A stretch of DNA of 64,000 nt from an uncultured delta proteobacterium (GTDB lineage Bacteria; Desulfobacterota; BSN033; UBA1163): positions 1 through 64,000 of the forward strand of contig CAWHBU010000004.1 of NCBI GenBank assembly GCA_963827685.1, written 5' to 3'. The stretch's first letter is position 1. Each line of letters begins with the position of its first letter. The notes under the pieces were generated by a model. The model was given only the letters and a program-made list of their open reading frames with translations, was not told where the DNA came from and made no database searches. The position numbers were made by a program, and so were the translations under genes. Of this stretch, positions 60,838-64,000 are shown in pieces.

Positions 60838-62298
60838 ATGGCAGAGAAGGACATGAACGGGGAGCCCAGTTTTGAGGAACTTTTGAAGGCCAGTTCTGAG
60901 GGCCCGGGTCGCAGGCTTTTCCCCGGAGATAAGGTTTCAGGGAAGGTGTTGAAAGTCTCCAAGGATACGATCTTTGTTGATTTAGGAGGCAAGAGCGAGG
61001 GGATTGCGGATATTCAGGAATTCCTGGACAAGGAGGGCCACCTCACCCTCAAGGAGGGAGATTGGGTTGAGATGAGGGTGTCATCGACCCGGGATGGAAT
61101 CCATCTCACAAAGGGAATGAAGGTTCAGGGTGCGGATTCTCTCGACATCCTCCGGGAGGCAAAAGAAAACCTCATCCCTGTTGAAGGAAGAGTGACTAAT
61201 GTCGTGAAGGGAGGTTTTGAGATCAAACTTTCTGGAATTCGTGCCTTTTGCCCTTTAGGCCAGATGGACATCCAGTTCTGTGAGAAGCCTGAGGAGCATG
61301 TTGGAGCGAGATATCCGTTTCGCATCATGGAGATCAAAGAAAAAGGGAAGAATATTATCGTCTCCAGACGCGTGCTCCTGGATGAAGAGCAGGAGAAAAA
61401 GTCAAAAGAGACTTTAGCGAGACTCAGGCCTGACCTTGAGTGTGAGGGGAAGGTGACCAAACTGACCGACTTTGGTGCCTTTGTCGATATCGGAGGAATC
61501 GAAGGGATGGTCCATATCTCTGAAATATCCCATGGAAGGATAAGCCATCCATCGGAGATTCTAAAACCTGGCCAGCAGGTGAAGGTAAAAGTGATGAAGT
61601 TCGAACCGGATAGGGAAGGCCGTCCCAAAGTCTCTCTTTCCATCAAAGCCTTGGAGCTTGACTCATGGGGGAAAGGCCTTGGATTTGAAGAGGGAGAGAT
61701 CATCCGCGGCAAAGTCTCCAGGCTCACGGACTTTGGGGCTTTTGTCGAAGTGGCACCGGGGGTGGATGGTCTTGTTCACATTTCTGAGATCAGTTACGAA
61801 CGTGTTTCCCATCCGAGCAGATTCCTCCATGAAGGGGATAGGGTGGATGTGCTGGTCATGGGAATAGACCGTGAAACGCGCCGCATCTCCCTGTCAATTA
61901 AAGAGGTGACGATCAAGAAAAGGATGGAGATGGAAGGAGAGGGATCGGATAAGGTGCGCCTTGAAGTAGGACAAGTCCTGAGAGGGATTGTTGAAGACAG
62001 TAAGCCTTACGGTATTTTTATCCGCCTTCCACAGCTTGGACCAAAGGTGAAAGGCCTGCTTCCCATGGAGGAACTGAAAGATTCTGGGGAAAAAGATATT
62101 AAAAAGAAATTTGCCAAAGGTCAGGAGATTCAAGTGGAGATCATCGTTATAGATGAAAAAGGAAAAATAAGACTATCACAAAGAGTGATAGAGGAGAGAG
62201 AGGACCGGGAAGATTACAAAGAGTTTTTGGGAAAGGAAGATAAGGGTGGGAAGTTGGGAACTTTAGGAGACATTTTCAAGAACTTGAAGCCGAAGTGA
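60838..62298 (+). CDS. rpsA: Ribosomal protein S1-like protein (five S1 domains, possibly a secondary paralog)
   Basis: SFEELL, VDLGGKSEG, repeated GKV..LTDFGAFV...G..G.VHISEIS, LGTLGD tail. Confidence 0.8.
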   Translation: MAEKDMNGEPSFEELLKASSEGPGRRLFPGDKVSGKVLKVSKDTIFVDLGGKSEGIADIQEFLDKEGHLTLKEGDWVEMRVSSTRDGIHLTKGMKVQGADSLDILREAKENLIPVEGRVTNVVKGGFEIKLSGIRAFCPLGQMDIQFCEKPEEHVGARYPFRIMEIKEKGKNIIVSRRVLLDEEQEKKSKETLARLRPDLECEGKVTKLTDFGAFVDIGGIEGMVHISEISHGRISHPSEILKPGQQVKVKVMKFEPDREGRPKVSLSIKALELDSWGKGLGFEEGEIIRGKVSRLTDFGAFVEVAPGVDGLVHISEISYERVSHPSRFLHEGDRVDVLVMGIDRETRRISLSIKEVTIKKRMEMEGEGSDKVRLEVGQVLRGIVEDSKPYGIFIRLPQLGPKVKGLLPMEELKDSGEKDIKKKFAKGQEIQVEIIVIDEKGKIRLSQRVIEEREDREDYKEFLGKEDKGGKLGTLGDIFKNLKPK

Positions 62299-62435
62299 GT
62301 TACAAAAGCGCATAGGGCATAGCGCATAGCGCATAGGGCCGCAAAATAAAACCAAGGACTATATTTTCATGGTTTGTGGGGTCGAGGATGTCATGAAAGA
62401 TTCCTTTGAAAATAGAATAGCCGGGATTTCTTTCT

Positions 62436-62912
62436 ATGAAAAAAACAAATGCGGTAAGGTTTCTGGATAGTTTAAAGGTTGATTACAAACTTCTGGAATA
62501 TGAGATTGATGGGTCAGACCTCAGTGCTGAAAGTGTTGCAAAGAAGGTGGGTTTGCCTCCAGAGCAAGTATTTAAGACACTGGTTGCCAGGGGAGATAAA
62601 ACAGGAATATTGATGGGTTGCATTCCAGGAAACAATGAACTCGATCTGAAGGCAATGGCTATGGTCAGCGGAAACAAAAAGGTAGAGATGGTCCATGTGA
62701 AAGAGATTCAACAATTAACAGGTTATATCCGGGGAGGCGTCTCACCGATTGGGACAAAAAAACAATATCCCATTTTTTTGGATGAGAGTGCCATGAGGTT
62801 TCCACTTATCTCGATCAGCGCTGGGGCGCGGGGTTCCCAAATTTTTATTTCGCCGGAGGATTTAATCGAGGCGCTGGATATAGAGCTATGCAAGATCGCC
62901 CGAAGTGAATAA
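62436..62912 (+). CDS. ybaK: Cys-tRNA(Pro) deacylase
   Basis: KTNAVR.L, QVFKTLV, TGYIRGGVSPIG.KK, ISAGARG. Confidence 0.93.
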   Translation: MKKTNAVRFLDSLKVDYKLLEYEIDGSDLSAESVAKKVGLPPEQVFKTLVARGDKTGILMGCIPGNNELDLKAMAMVSGNKKVEMVHVKEIQQLTGYIRGGVSPIGTKKQYPIFLDESAMRFPLISISAGARGSQIFISPEDLIEALDIELCKIARSE

Positions 62913-62915
62913 AGG

Positions 62916-63102
62916 TTGACCCATTCGGCGGCGCCAAGCCCCGCCTTTGAAGGCTAGTAAAGAAGCACCGCTCTCTTCGGCAAGCTCAGAACACTGAGTC
63001 TGTCGAAGTGCAGGGTCAACCGTGAGCCCTCGGCCTGAAATGAATCGAACGCTCGGGCCGAAGGTAGGCCTGGCCTTCAGGCCGGGGAGTCGAAGGGTTG
63101 AC
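62916..63102. repeat. REP-like palindromic element, copy 2, with nested inserts
   Basis: Same ends and central GGGTCAACC as 12143-12254, plus extra hairpins. Confidence 0.8.
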
Positions 63103-63182
63103 TTTAAGGGGATGTCCTGGGTTATGATACAGTTTACTGAGGATCCATAGAAGGAACAAATAATAAGAAAGGAGCTTATTAA

Positions 63183-63908
63183 ATGAGATTAAAACTGATC
63201 GTCGTCTTAGGGATTCTGTTTTTAGTGAGCCAGGTGAGTGCGGAGGAAAAATTGGTCCTGAAAAACCAGAAGGAAAAAGTCAGCTATATCATCGGCATGG
63301 ATATCGGAGGTAAACTAAAAACACAGTCGGTCGATATTGACCCGAATATTCTCGTAAAAGGAATCCAGGATGCCCTTATCGGTGCGAAGCCTTTATTGAC
63401 CAATCAGGAAATTCAGGAAACCATGCTTGCTTTTCAGAAAGAGATGATGGCGAAGCGGGAGGAGATGGCCAAGAAAAACAAGGCAGAGGGAGAGGCTTTT
63501 CTCGCTGAGAATAAGAAGAAGGAAGGCGTTAAAACCTTGCCGAGCGGTTTGCAGTATAAGGTGATCAAGGCAGGAACCGGTAAGAAACCGAAAGCAGATG
63601 ATACGGTAACAGCGGATTATCGGGGTACCCTGATTAGTGGGACGGAGTTTGACAGCTCTTATAAGCGTGGACAACCTGCAACCTTTTCAGTTTCCGGTGG
63701 CATGATTCCGGGTTGGACCGAGGCTTTGCAGCTGATGGAGGTGGGTGCGAAATGGCAGCTCTTTATTCCTTCGAATCTCGCCTATGGTGAACGTGGAGCG
63801 GGCGGCATAATCGGACCCAATGCGACTCTAATTTTCGAAGTTGAACTGGTCTCAATTAAAGAGAAAGCACAAGAGAATAAACCTGAAAATAAACAAGAGA
63901 AAAAATAA
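63183..63908 (+). CDS. FKBP-type peptidyl-prolyl isomerase (Mip/FkpA-like), exported
   Basis: Signal peptide; KVSYIIG.DIG, LPSGLQYKV, YRGTLI.GTEFDSS, IPGWTEAL, IPSNLAYG, IGPNATLIFEVEL. Confidence 0.93.
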   Translation: MRLKLIVVLGILFLVSQVSAEEKLVLKNQKEKVSYIIGMDIGGKLKTQSVDIDPNILVKGIQDALIGAKPLLTNQEIQETMLAFQKEMMAKREEMAKKNKAEGEAFLAENKKKEGVKTLPSGLQYKVIKAGTGKKPKADDTVTADYRGTLISGTEFDSSYKRGQPATFSVSGGMIPGWTEALQLMEVGAKWQLFIPSNLAYGERGAGGIIGPNATLIFEVELVSIKEKAQENKPENKQEKK

Positions 63909-64000
63909 GATCATCCAGGCATTTAGAAAAGGTCCTTGAAAAAGGGCGGTAACGGGGTGTGCAAAAGAAATGAAGAATCCATTGAGACGGATTACGGTCA

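Overview
64 kb of a GC-moderate anaerobic bacterium whose gene content resembles Desulfobacterota/Syntrophobacterales-type deltaproteobacteria (inference). From left to right: (1) an mvhG-mvhA-protease-hdrL/hdrA-mvhD-fdhB-like-fdhA energy cluster in which three genes are split by in-frame TGA codons at conserved Cys positions, each followed by a SECIS-like hairpin, so they are probably selenoproteins; the MvhA Sec is in the N-terminal CxxC rather than the usual [NiFeSe] site; (2) an accessory stretch (AAA ATPase, four TA modules, frameshifted ettA, RES protein, nuclease) punctuated by repeated remnants resembling a Y1/RAYT transposase end; (3) a FecR-OmpA-CHASE2/HD-GYP module bracketed by 103-bp direct repeats; (4) a degenerate NuoF/HydB-GltD flavoprotein fused to a receiver domain, upstream of a GAF histidine kinase; (5) acs with two candidate acetyltransferases; (6) a complete nuo operon in which nuoEFG are replaced by an SfrB/SfrA-like NADPH-oxidoreductase pair; (7) a defence islet with an IS4-interrupted GHKL-ATPase-DarT fusion, darG and a primase-helicase; (8) an S1-like gene, ybaK and an FKBP PPIase. 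Intergenic spaces carry several families of short palindromic or heptamer repeats. I saw no rRNA, tRNA or CRISPR array. All family assignments come from motif recognition by eye; no database searches were run.
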